Source: a virus
Lineage: Duplodnaviria; Caudoviricetes
Length of the DNA stretch: 59,439 bases
IMG/VR virus record: IMGVR_UViG_3300043037_000042
Coordinates: 1 to 59,439 of that record
Strand: one strand, 5' to 3'
Positions 45,544 through 55,143 of this stretch are shown here, one piece after another. The position numbers and the translations under genes were made by a program. Every line of letters begins with the position of its first letter. Positions within the stretch are counted from its first letter, which is position 1. Below the pieces are notes generated by a model, which worked only from the letters and a program-made list of their open reading frames with translations, was not told where the DNA came from and ran no database searches.

Positions 45544-45582
45544 ACTCCCTCTATTGCTTGCCGGCGCTGGGGGAGTTTTCTT
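45544..45582 (+). promoter_or_regulatory. Hairpin + T-tract with TTGCCG loop in the recombinase leader (antisense orientation)
   Basis: ACTCCCTC...GC-TTGCCG-GC...GGGGGAGT-TTTCTT. Confidence 0.5.
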
Positions 45583-45760
45583 ATTCCATTGTAAAAAATC
45601 CTTTCATAACTTTTTGGTCTTTTGGCATTTCTAATCTTTGTTTTTCTCTTTTAAGTATATCTTTAATAAATCCACTTTTGCCAGTAGTGCTTTTGCAAAT
45701 CCACTCGTACAAATCAATTTCTTCCTTATTATTCTTAAATGTCAAATTTATTGATGGCAT
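45581..45760 (-). CDS. 59-aa ribbon-helix-helix/ParR-like protein
   Basis: Not in the track. GGAGGTG RBS; MPSINLTFKNNKEEIDLYEWICKSTTGKSGFIKDILKRE (strand-helix-helix pattern). Confidence 0.55.
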   Translation of the reverse strand: MPSINLTFKNNKEEIDLYEWICKSTTGKSGFIKDILKREKQRLEMPKDQKVMKGFFTME

Positions 45761-45866
45761 TTTGCACCTCCATACTAATTTATATTAATTTATACGATAT
45801 AATATGACTATTAAATAGAAAAGTTACTAAAAAAATATTAAAGAGTATGAATTATTTAAATTGTTG

Positions 45867-45895
45867 TTGTAAAAATTAACCAACGAGCATATAAT
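45867..45895 (+). promoter_or_regulatory. SigA promoter of a moron operon
   Basis: TTGTAA-17-TATAAT. Confidence 0.6.
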
Positions 45896-45928
45896 ATTTG
45901 TAAATCGTATATTGTTAGGGGGAATAAT

Positions 45929-46228
45929 ATGTTTTCGGTAGATGTGACAACATTAGCGGGGGCAATAGCTTTATTTTTAGCAGCGTTTAATTTGCCATAT
46001 GGGTATTATAACTTTTTAAGGGTTTTTATAAGCTTAATATCTGTTTATGGAATTTTTACAAGGTATAAAGATTCTAAATTGATGACTGTGATATATTTTA
46101 TAACATTGGCAATATTTAATCCTATATGGAAAGTTGTGTTTGATAAAGGAACGTGGAAAGTTGTAGATGTGTTGTTTGGATTAGTATTTTTATATTTGAG
46201 TTATGCTCCAAAGAATTATAGAGATTAA
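45929..46228 (+). CDS. DUF6804-like membrane protein
   Basis: LPYGYYNFLR, AIFNPI, W.VVD motifs; multiple TM helices. Confidence 0.7.
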   Translation: MFSVDVTTLAGAIALFLAAFNLPYGYYNFLRVFISLISVYGIFTRYKDSKLMTVIYFITLAIFNPIWKVVFDKGTWKVVDVLFGLVFLYLSYAPKNYRD

Positions 46229-46259
46229 AAATATGTATTGTAAAAATAGGAGGTATATT

Positions 46260-46649
46260 ATGGAATCAAAAGAAATTGATGTAAATGAAACAGTAAAAAG
46301 CATATCAAAAAAAATCGAGGAATCCTTGGAACAAAAAATGTCAGAAAACAGAAAAACAGATAAGAGATTAAAAAAGTTTTTAATATTTATATATACAATT
46401 AGTTCTGCCTTACTTTTAATATTATTCACTCCATATAAACAATTTGCCTATGTTTCTAATAATGCTGTATTCACTGGACACAGAGGATTTAAGTCATTAT
46501 TTTTATTTAATAATCTAGAAGAATCGTTCAATGGAAGATTAGCTATTTATTACATTGATTTTCAAGTGTTGTTTGTAGAATTGATTACTTTAACAATTAT
46601 ATTCATAGGATTATATTTGATATCAAAAAAGGCAACAAAAAAAGACTAG
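46260..46649 (+). CDS. Two-TM membrane protein
   Basis: Start MESKE after AGGAGG; two hydrophobic helices. Confidence 0.65.
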   Translation: MESKEIDVNETVKSISKKIEESLEQKMSENRKTDKRLKKFLIFIYTISSALLLILFTPYKQFAYVSNNAVFTGHRGFKSLFLFNNLEESFNGRLAIYYIDFQVLFVELITLTIIFIGLYLISKKATKKD

Positions 46650-46655
46650 GTTTCC

Positions 46656-47216
46656 CTAGTCCATTGCTTTAGCTAACTTCAAAATTAAAGCTTCGCCATA
46701 TTTATAATCATTAGCCATGTAGTCAATAGTCTTATCGTCTAGCTTGGCTTTTTCTTTTACTATTTTTTTTGCTTCGTCAATAGTCATATTTTTATTCTCT
46801 CTTTCTTTTAGTATTTTAAAATATATCTGCGGATCTATCGACACGCCCTTAGAATCTCTAACCTCGAAGTGACAATGTGAACCAAAGCTATATCCTGTTT
46901 GTCCTTCTACACCTATCCTTTGACCTTTCTTTATTTTTGAACCGATTGCATTGACTAGTCTTTGTAATAAATGACAATAAAACAACGAATAACCAAATCC
47001 ATCATCTAATTTAATATAATTCCCCCATTCCCATGTAGGGTTATTTTTATTAGTTATAATTTGAGAAGATTTTAAAACTGCATCACAAACAGCAACTAAA
47101 TATTTATTTGTTATTCCTACGGTATCAATGCCTTTATGAGTTCTTGTGTCTCCATTTAAATTACGAGGTCCAAACGGTGACGTTATCTTATATTCGCTTT
47201 CGTATAAATTACTCAT
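46656..47216 (-). CDS. Endolysin, M23 peptidase
   Basis: ITSPFGPR, HKGID, YCHL, GQTGYSFGSHCHFEV. Confidence 0.9.
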   Translation of the reverse strand: MSNLYESEYKITSPFGPRNLNGDTRTHKGIDTVGITNKYLVAVCDAVLKSSQIITNKNNPTWEWGNYIKLDDGFGYSLFYCHLLQRLVNAIGSKIKKGQRIGVEGQTGYSFGSHCHFEVRDSKGVSIDPQIYFKILKERENKNMTIDEAKKIVKEKAKLDDKTIDYMANDYKYGEALILKLAKAMD

Positions 47217-47532
47217 TCTTACCACTTCCCAACACAATATTGTTTATATCTTCGTTGGTTTCAATCATTTCCCGCATTTTATCTAATGCAATATCTACCA
47301 ATTTTTTAAACAAATCAAAAGTTATGAATTTTACGAAAATAGGAAACTTTGCTATTGCTAAATCATAAACATATTTAAGTTTGAGTTCACCCGTTCCACT
47401 CCCTAGATATATTTCCGCTTCTGTAACACCCCATACTAGCCATTCACTAAAACTTTTAAATTGCAATGCTATTGCACCTGTTATCATTACCACTATTACC
47501 ATTTTAAATATTGTCATTAATTCCATCAACAT
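47209..47532 (-). CDS. Holin-like protein (LL-H-type)
   Basis: N-terminal TM; VTEAE..GSGTGELKLKYV motif; adjacent to the endolysin. Confidence 0.7.
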   Translation of the reverse strand: MLMELMTIFKMVIVVMITGAIALQFKSFSEWLVWGVTEAEIYLGSGTGELKLKYVYDLAIAKFPIFVKFITFDLFKKLVDIALDKMREMIETNEDINNIVLGSGKNE

Positions 47533-47758
47533 TACCTCCGATTTTCTTTATATTTTCGTTTTTTGCTTTCCAACAATAAAAACCTATAGTTGTTGCTGTT
47601 GGTGTACCTATGTAAGTAAACATAGCAATTAATGCTTGTACCGCATATTCTGGATAATCCATTAGTATTTTAAATACTACATAAGAACCAATAAATAACC
47701 CTACGAAGTAAGTAAACATTACTAACCCTACAACTCGTTTTGTATATTCTTTTTTCAT
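47504..47758 (-). CDS. Two-TM holin-like protein
   Basis: Two TM helices; FYCWKAKNENIKK basic tail. Confidence 0.6.
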   Translation of the reverse strand: MKKEYTKRVVGLVMFTYFVGLFIGSYVVFKILMDYPEYAVQALIAMFTYIGTPTATTIGFYCWKAKNENIKKIGGNVDGINDNI

Positions 47759-48084
47759 TTTATCGCCTGCTTTTCTGTTGGTAATTCAAACAATTTCTTA
47801 ACTAAGTCAGTCACTGTACCATTTCCACCTAAAGCGTGATACTTGTCGTACATATTTTGTATATTTTCCCTTGCATATATCGGGCAATATTCTCTGTCGA
47901 TATAATCATTATAAATCTTGATTATTTCATTTCTTAGTAATGCTTGTACTCCATCTCTAAGCATTTCTTCCTCTTTGATTTTATGTTCTAAGTAGCTTAT
48001 CTTTTTCTTTCCCCAAAATCCAAATATAGTAACTATTGCTCCGAACAAAGTTTTTAGCCAATATTCCTTTATCCATGTTTCCAT
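47755..48084 (-). CDS. Lysis-cassette membrane protein
   Basis: TM plus GVQALLR...YHALGGNG motif common upstream of Firmicute holins. Confidence 0.65.
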   Translation of the reverse strand: METWIKEYWLKTLFGAIVTIFGFWGKKKISYLEHKIKEEEMLRDGVQALLRNEIIKIYNDYIDREYCPIYARENIQNMYDKYHALGGNGTVTDLVKKLFELPTEKQAIK

Positions 48085-48128
48085 TCAACACCTCCAAATT
48101 ATTAAAAAAGAGTAACATTTCTGCTACT

Positions 48129-51100
48129 CTATTTTTGATTTACTAAACTTTGATAATATTTAATCGCTCTTTTAACTGTTTCCCTCTCGTCTTCAGTAAG
48201 CCACATATAGAATTGTTGCTTTTCGTTTTTCTTATCAACTAATCCATATAAAGGGTCCAAAGATGCAAGACTTGTCGCAAGTCCTCTAGCTGTACCACCT
48301 AAATCCTTATACTTCTGCAAATATTTTTCTGCGATTTTTTCATCACCATATCTCAAGGCTTGTTTATAATAATACAAAGCTTCTGATGTCTCTTTACCTC
48401 CTAACGATTTATTAGACTCTTCTTTTAGTACTTGCTTTTTAAATTTATACTTTAAATCTAAAGCCTTATAATATGCATTTACTTCTGGTTTACTTTTGTA
48501 AATAAAAGCCTTTTGCCATGTCTTTAAATATGACGTTTCCATTGGTAAGCCTGCTAATTTTGTGTATTCATCTTTAACACCTAATGAACTTGCGATATAA
48601 TATCCATTATCTCTTATAATTCCTGGATTCCTTATGTCTGGATAGAATGTCATACCAGGTAGTAATTCAAGCGGCATTTTAATAAATGGGCTTAACGAAT
48701 TTGCAATTTTATTAATAGGTGCAATAGCCATATCGGTTAATTGGTCTTTAGCTGTTTTTCTTTCATTAAGCAATTCTTCAAAATCTGATTGTATTTGGTC
48801 TAATCCAAACCAATCGAGAACGTCGTTTAATGCTCCTAATCTACTAAAATAAATAATATTTCCGTCTTTATCTTTTCCTAAAGTTAAGTGAGGCGTATTT
48901 TTAATATCATCTGGTAATTCGTCATCTTCATCGGGCATAGCAAATCTATTCCACGCCATAAACAAAGCTGATGCAAATAACACCCTAATAGCCATCTTGC
49001 CTAATAATTCTGCTGATTTTACGCTTGTAAATCCTGTTAATTTTAATCCAGACATTACTTTTTTCCCTACTTCTTTTTGGTATTTAATATCTTTTATTGT
49101 ATTTTCAAATACTCTTTTGTAACGTTTCATGTTGACCTCATTCCAACTTTGAAAAGGTATTAAATATTTTTTTAGAGCTTGGCCCACCTCTGTTATTTCG
49201 TCATATGCCCCTAATGCATCTTTGCTCAACTGATATGCTTTATCCTCTATGCTCTTTAACCCATCAATTCTATTTCTGTTAGATGCACCATAATAAGTAG
49301 GTTTACCGTTGTTCTTCTTTATATCTTCTTTAAAATACAAGTATGAAGAATATCGGAATATACTTTCTCGGTAGTTCGTGGCGTTTTCAGTAAAATTTGT
49401 ATACGTGCTTAGTCCTGGTATGCTCTTAGTAATTTTTCTAACTATATTATCAGTATCTTGTTTATTGTATATTTTGAATTTCTTCATTTCGTTTACTTCA
49501 CCTAATTCTTGTGCGTACATTAAATCAGAAAAACCGCCAGCGTTTCTAAAATCTAATAAATCATTAGTGAACCTACCGAACTTCATAGCATTGTATAATT
49601 CTTTAGATGCTCTACCTACTATTTTAGGATTAAAAGCTTTAAAGCCACCAGCTGCCATAAGGCCATCAATATCGCCTGTTATGTTTCTAATGTTATATTT
49701 AACAACTTGCCTTGGGTTTACAGTTAATACCCATGATTTAAATAATTTCATCGGAACACTTAGCAATTGATGCAATATATCGTCTTGAGAAGTTATTTTT
49801 TTATAAGTATTGTCTAATGAAGTTGCTATATTATTTGGCAATACAAACTGTTCTTTGTCTAATCCCATAGCTAACATTTTTCTTGTCTTTTTATCAGATG
49901 GTGAAAGTTGGTCTAATGTATCATTGATTAAAGCTTCTGCGAAATTTTCGGAAACTGTATTTACAGAAAACATATGCTTTCCCGGTATTGGCTGCCATAT
50001 TGAGTAATCATCGGGTACAAAATCTTTCCATGTAAAATTAGGTTCTTCGTAATTTTCTCCTGCTTGTTCTTTAATGAAATCCTTTCTTTCTCTATCGCTT
50101 TCAAGCAAATTATAAGCATCTTCTAATTTTTTATTACCATTAATTGCATCCATAGCAAAAGTTTTATTACTTTCTCTTATTCTTTTATTTTCTTCCTTGG
50201 CTTGCGCTTTTAGTTTATTTTTAATTCCATATTTATTGTCTATTCTTTTTAACATTTGCGCTACTTCTTTATCGTATAACATAGTTGCTAATACTTCATA
50301 TTCGGCTTGCAAGTAATCTTCATTTATGGCCTTGTTAGTACCTTGCCTTTGTTTGGTATATCCTCTATTAGAATTAACCTTAACTTTATTTCCTGCCCCT
50401 GCTAGATTCTTAGCATTAACATATTCTAATACTTGATGTCTAAAATAATTCTTCTTGTTGAACCTTTCTTCAACATTAAAACCAATAGCGCCCATAGCTG
50501 TTGAATAATCTTTAATTAGATTATCCCAATATGCGGTCCTTCTTTCAAAAGCTTTTTCTATGTTAGGTGTTAATGATTTTTTTAATCTTTCATAATTATT
50601 TTTTACAGATTCCTCTGTCCATAATCCAGGTAATGTGTGTTCTAATTCTATTTCTTCCATTAAGTCAGACAGTAAAACAAATCTTTCAAACCTACTATAT
50701 TCCTCTGTTGATAATTGTTCGTTTTCTTTTTGTGTTATGTCAGTAAGTATTCTAGTTGCTTCATCACCCGCTATTGATTTTATTTTAGGATATCTGACTA
50801 GTTCTTTCATTATTTCTGCGTTTTCCGAAAGATTAGGATCCAAATTTCTAAACGTCCTAGTTGCAGCTTTTTTAAATTCACTAGCCATGGTCTTTATTTT
50901 ATCTATTTTTCTAGTTTTGGTAATTCTGTTATTTTTATATTGTTCCTCTAATTCTTTGCTATCATAAGTGAATTTATTTTCTATTGGAGTAGGTTCTTTA
51001 CCTAGCCTTATATATCCATCTTCGTTGTCTAATGGGTTGACAGGAGTTTCACCTATGAATTGCGATGGTACTTCATCTTTGACTTGTTGCACTTCTTCCT

Positions 51101-53483
51101 CTGTTCCTTGTACTGTGTCAGTCTTTTCTACAATTTCATTTTCTTTATTATCTATTTTTTGAATTTGGTCTGGACTAAAAGCAACTATTTCAAGTCCGTC
51201 TATATTATTACTACCTTTGCCTATAAAGCCATCATATCCTAATTCTTGAAGTGATTTTTTTATAATTTCAATATTGCCATCTTCGTTATATAGATTATCC
51301 CATTCTAGTTCCCAATCTGGATATCCTTCTTCTTCTAAATATTCATCGACTGTCATGCCTTCGTCTTTTGCACGTTCTTTTATGATTTTACTTTCGTATT
51401 CTTTGTATGCCTTTGTATTAGAAATATCAACTTTTCCATCGTTATCGTAAAAAGGCTTTTTAATGTTTGCATACGCCTTGATTATATTTTTACCATAATC
51501 TTTTGCATTCTCCATATTGTCGGTTAAATAAATACCCGTTCCCCAACCAGGCGCATAATTAGGAGTGAATGTATCAAATTTGGCATCTGTGCCATGGTAA
51601 ACAGTTAATAAATTGCCGTCTTTGTTTCTTACCTTGCTATCTTTAAAGGTTTCTTGTTGTTCTTTGGTTAATATGTTTTTTTCGCTATCTTCTGCATAAT
51701 TATTCATGTTGTCATTTTCATCTATTGGTTGGATTTCTTCTTGTTTATTTCCGATAATCTTTTCTTGTGCAATTTCTTGCATAGTACTATCTTGATTAAT
51801 AGGCTCACTAACAACTTGATTTTCCATTTGTGGTACATCTTCGATTTGTCGTGTTTCTATATTAGATACATTTTCAATAGGTTGTATCTGATTTTCTTCA
51901 ATTTCTTTTATAACGTCATTATTTGCGTTTTGAGCGATTTTAACATCGCCATTGACTAATTGCTCGCCATTGTTATTTTCGTTCGCCTGTACCTTGTTTA
52001 TGACTTGTGTTTTATACTCATTTAACTTGTTAATATGACCGTCAAAGAAATCTGTTAATTCTGGATATGCTCTCTTAGTAACTTCTAACATTTGCTTAGT
52101 GGCTTCTATGCTTTTGTCTAGATTGTCACCTTTTATGTTTTTGTTTTCTAAGCCATTGTATAAAGTTTTTAAATCTTCATCAATTCCAGTTTGAAGATTA
52201 GTTATTTGTTGATTATAGTTTTGTGGTTGATTATTATTTGATATTTTATTTATGCCATTATTAATTGCTCCACCAACTCCACCCATTAATGCACTAGATA
52301 CAAAAGCAGTAGCAGCATTATATCCTTGTTGTCCTGGATTAATTACAGCATTTTCAGTTGTAGAAAAGTAAGGCATACTTGAATCATAAGCAACTTTTTG
52401 TCCTAAATTTTCTAAAGGATATTGCATTATTTCCTCAAATGCTTCACCTAGTCCACTTTCTATAGTTAATTTACCTATTGACATTTTAGATGCAAGTTTT
52501 TTTGCCAAATTTTCAGTACCGCCCATAACCTCTATTAATCCGCTAGGTATACCACCTAGTAAAGATGATTTAATAGCTTGCTCTTTTGTGGCCCCGTCTT
52601 TTATAGCTTGATAGTATTGATTACCTACACTTTGTATCATAGAAGGTATTAAGTTAGGATTTTTTACAACATCTGTTAATGCTTGCTGTGTGGTTAATGC
52701 TAAAGTTGGATTAGATAATTGAGCTGCATTGCTAATTAATTGCGTACCATTAGATGCTAACAATGGATTAGTTGCTGCTATAGGTGCGCCTGCTAATCCT
52801 ATTCCTACGCTTGGTATTGATTGCCCTATTCCTCTAAATACTTGCCCTGCAAACTCTCCGACATTACCTTGATTAATTTCTGCTAATCTCGCATCTTCTT
52901 TTGAAGTATCTTTCTTGATAGCATTTAAATAATTGTCAACAAAAGGTATATTTTTATCTCCTAAAGTCATATCAACTACATTTGCAACACCTCTACCTAA
53001 ATCACCAAACCCCGCCCATAAATTAGTAGCAGCTGATTTTACAGGATTAGTTCCCCATTCGCCTTGTTTAGATGCATCTATTTTAGGCAAGTATTGAGAA
53101 GTAGGACCTACTTGACTACGTTCATTTTTTATAGTCTTACCTCTGTTCATACTTAAATTAGAAAGTAAATCCACTAATTCATTTTCTGGATTAGTGGATT
53201 TTGTTTGTTGTGTAATTGGTTTAATTTTTGGTTGTTCATAATTTGGCGTATTAAAGTTTGTTTTTATTTTAAAAGGTGAATATGTTTCGCTAGTTTTAGG
53301 AACAGCAGTATTAGTATTGCTATCTAAATTAAACTTTTTAACTGTTTCTGGCTTAATCTGATTCACTGATACTTTTTTACTATCTACCATATATTTATAA
53401 ACATCACCAATTTGTTGTTCGCTTAATTGAGATTTTTTAATCTTTCCTGTTTTCAGTCCTTGATACAGTTCTAATGTGTCCAT
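48129..53483 (-). CDS. Large internal-virion/ejection-type polyvalent protein with ADP-ribosyltransferase-like domain
   Basis: 1784 aa in the structural module; Gly/Ala-rich hydrophobic stretches; VYHGT..GIYLT..GYDG..EIVAF..QI domain at ~51160-51640. Confidence 0.75.
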   Translation of the reverse strand: MDTLELYQGLKTGKIKKSQLSEQQIGDVYKYMVDSKKVSVNQIKPETVKKFNLDSNTNTAVPKTSETYSPFKIKTNFNTPNYEQPKIKPITQQTKSTNPENELVDLLSNLSMNRGKTIKNERSQVGPTSQYLPKIDASKQGEWGTNPVKSAATNLWAGFGDLGRGVANVVDMTLGDKNIPFVDNYLNAIKKDTSKEDARLAEINQGNVGEFAGQVFRGIGQSIPSVGIGLAGAPIAATNPLLASNGTQLISNAAQLSNPTLALTTQQALTDVVKNPNLIPSMIQSVGNQYYQAIKDGATKEQAIKSSLLGGIPSGLIEVMGGTENLAKKLASKMSIGKLTIESGLGEAFEEIMQYPLENLGQKVAYDSSMPYFSTTENAVINPGQQGYNAATAFVSSALMGGVGGAINNGINKISNNNQPQNYNQQITNLQTGIDEDLKTLYNGLENKNIKGDNLDKSIEATKQMLEVTKRAYPELTDFFDGHINKLNEYKTQVINKVQANENNNGEQLVNGDVKIAQNANNDVIKEIEENQIQPIENVSNIETRQIEDVPQMENQVVSEPINQDSTMQEIAQEKIIGNKQEEIQPIDENDNMNNYAEDSEKNILTKEQQETFKDSKVRNKDGNLLTVYHGTDAKFDTFTPNYAPGWGTGIYLTDNMENAKDYGKNIIKAYANIKKPFYDNDGKVDISNTKAYKEYESKIIKERAKDEGMTVDEYLEEEGYPDWELEWDNLYNEDGNIEIIKKSLQELGYDGFIGKGSNNIDGLEIVAFSPDQIQKIDNKENEIVEKTDTVQGTEEEVQQVKDEVPSQFIGETPVNPLDNEDGYIRLGKEPTPIENKFTYDSKELEEQYKNNRITKTRKIDKIKTMASEFKKAATRTFRNLDPNLSENAEIMKELVRYPKIKSIAGDEATRILTDITQKENEQLSTEEYSRFERFVLLSDLMEEIELEHTLPGLWTEESVKNNYERLKKSLTPNIEKAFERRTAYWDNLIKDYSTAMGAIGFNVEERFNKKNYFRHQVLEYVNAKNLAGAGNKVKVNSNRGYTKQRQGTNKAINEDYLQAEYEVLATMLYDKEVAQMLKRIDNKYGIKNKLKAQAKEENKRIRESNKTFAMDAINGNKKLEDAYNLLESDRERKDFIKEQAGENYEEPNFTWKDFVPDDYSIWQPIPGKHMFSVNTVSENFAEALINDTLDQLSPSDKKTRKMLAMGLDKEQFVLPNNIATSLDNTYKKITSQDDILHQLLSVPMKLFKSWVLTVNPRQVVKYNIRNITGDIDGLMAAGGFKAFNPKIVGRASKELYNAMKFGRFTNDLLDFRNAGGFSDLMYAQELGEVNEMKKFKIYNKQDTDNIVRKITKSIPGLSTYTNFTENATNYRESIFRYSSYLYFKEDIKKNNGKPTYYGASNRNRIDGLKSIEDKAYQLSKDALGAYDEITEVGQALKKYLIPFQSWNEVNMKRYKRVFENTIKDIKYQKEVGKKVMSGLKLTGFTSVKSAELLGKMAIRVLFASALFMAWNRFAMPDEDDELPDDIKNTPHLTLGKDKDGNIIYFSRLGALNDVLDWFGLDQIQSDFEELLNERKTAKDQLTDMAIAPINKIANSLSPFIKMPLELLPGMTFYPDIRNPGIIRDNGYYIASSLGVKDEYTKLAGLPMETSYLKTWQKAFIYKSKPEVNAYYKALDLKYKFKKQVLKEESNKSLGGKETSEALYYYKQALRYGDEKIAEKYLQKYKDLGGTARGLATSLASLDPLYGLVDKKNEKQQFYMWLTEDERETVKRAIKYYQSLVNQK

Positions 53484-53495
53484 TGTATCACCTCG

Positions 53496-55124
53496 TTAAT
53501 TCAAATAGTTTCTTAATATGCTTGTTGCTGGGTTTGAATAATATGTTGGTTCTGATAAATTTTGACTTTTTTGTAATTCTTCTAGTAACATTGCATCTGC
53601 TGGGTCTGTGTTATAAAGCTCATACAAATAATAATACAACTTTTGAATATCTGCTTCGGTGTATTCTTTCTTGTTAGGATTAACCCCTGCCGATTCTGCC
53701 ATACTTCCCCATTCTCCCGTATCAGAACCACTCTTGTTTAAAGTAGCTAAAGTTTTCGCTAAATCACTTGCATCTTTAAACAAACTAGCGCTATCTTTTG
53801 GTGTCCATTCCTTTTCGGTGCTACTGCCACTAGATTTTCTAGTGTTATCTGCTAACATGTTTGTATAGCTTTGTGTATATTGCCCCGGGTTTATACCTAA
53901 TATATCTGCCATCCAAGGCTCGGCGTAACCTAATTCTTTAAACATCGCAAGTGCTAAATCTTGTAATTGACTTTGATTTTTCGCTTCTGCCTGCGCTTGT
54001 GATTGTTGCTGTCCTGTAATTTTATTATTTCTTAAAATATTCAAATATGGTATTTGCCAATCGTTAGAAGTGTCACCGTCATTCTGCAATGCATTTATTT
54101 GTGCTTGATAGTCGTTTGAGTAAGCGCCTAGAGTTTCAATTATCTTTTGTTGTTCATTATTTTGATAATTATATTGATTGTTTAATAAATCTAATTGCCT
54201 ATTAATATTGTTGTAATAATCCTGGTCTTGTTGTCTGCCTACGTTATAGTCACTTGTATATCTATTTACATCTGCTTGATAGCGTCCCGATTCCGAATTA
54301 TATTGTTGTCCTAATAAATTTGCTAATTGATTCATTTGATTGTAATAATTTTGGTCTATTGTTTGAGCTCTGTCTAAATCCTGCGAATACAGATTAGAAC
54401 CTAAAGTGTTAATTGCACTTGCTTTATTCAATTCACTTTCTGCTATTGCATTTTGTTTTAACGATTCAGTAGGAAGTTGTCCAAACATTCCCCTTGATGT
54501 GGCATTTTTATTGTAGTTGTCTAAAGTTTTATCAAGCGAGGAATTGTACATACCGCCCAATTGTGAATTAGCTCTTGCGAGTGCTTCATCTATACCCATA
54601 TAGTTAGCACCTTCGTAATTGTTTAAATCTTTTGTAAGATTGTTTAATTGTTTTTGAATACCGTTAAAATTATAGTCTCCCATATCTGGATAAGGAATGT
54701 CCGGAACTTGACTTTGATAATTTTCTACAGCGCTTAACAAATCATTCGTTCGCTGAGAATAGCCATTAGACAATGACGGTAATTCCTGTTGCTTTGTGTT
54801 TTGGGGAATAGACAAGTTATATCCTACCCTCAAGGCATCTTTGTCTAATCTTTGTAATAAATCATAATCGCCTGTCTGGTAAGCTTTGTTATACCTATCT
54901 TGTTGTGTTTTGGTATATGAATTTAAACCGCCTGCATAATTCTGATTAATATAATCAGCGTGTTCATTTCCTGTGCTTTTTGGTGTCGTGGATTTTGTTG
55001 TTGTAGTTGTTTTTGATGTTGTAGTCTTGTTCGTTGGTGTAGTTTTTTTCTTTTCTGCTGTATAATTAGCTGCTGCCTTTGCTAATCCAGTACCTATTGC
55101 ACCCAATAAACTTCCTAATGCCAT
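53496..55124 (-). CDS. Probable DNA ejection/internal virion protein
   Basis: MALGSLLGAIGTGLAKAA N-terminus, Q/N/Y-rich coiled coil, ATSRGM motif. Confidence 0.6.
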   Translation of the reverse strand: MALGSLLGAIGTGLAKAAANYTAEKKKTTPTNKTTTSKTTTTTKSTTPKSTGNEHADYINQNYAGGLNSYTKTQQDRYNKAYQTGDYDLLQRLDKDALRVGYNLSIPQNTKQQELPSLSNGYSQRTNDLLSAVENYQSQVPDIPYPDMGDYNFNGIQKQLNNLTKDLNNYEGANYMGIDEALARANSQLGGMYNSSLDKTLDNYNKNATSRGMFGQLPTESLKQNAIAESELNKASAINTLGSNLYSQDLDRAQTIDQNYYNQMNQLANLLGQQYNSESGRYQADVNRYTSDYNVGRQQDQDYYNNINRQLDLLNNQYNYQNNEQQKIIETLGAYSNDYQAQINALQNDGDTSNDWQIPYLNILRNNKITGQQQSQAQAEAKNQSQLQDLALAMFKELGYAEPWMADILGINPGQYTQSYTNMLADNTRKSSGSSTEKEWTPKDSASLFKDASDLAKTLATLNKSGSDTGEWGSMAESAGVNPNKKEYTEADIQKLYYYLYELYNTDPADAMLLEELQKSQNLSEPTYYSNPATSILRNYLN

Positions 55125-55143
55125 AATATCACTCCTTTATAAA

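Noticed and set aside
45581-45760. Complete ParMRC partition system
   Set aside because: Only a ParR-like ORF is present; no ParM/ParA ATPase or clear centromere repeats found.
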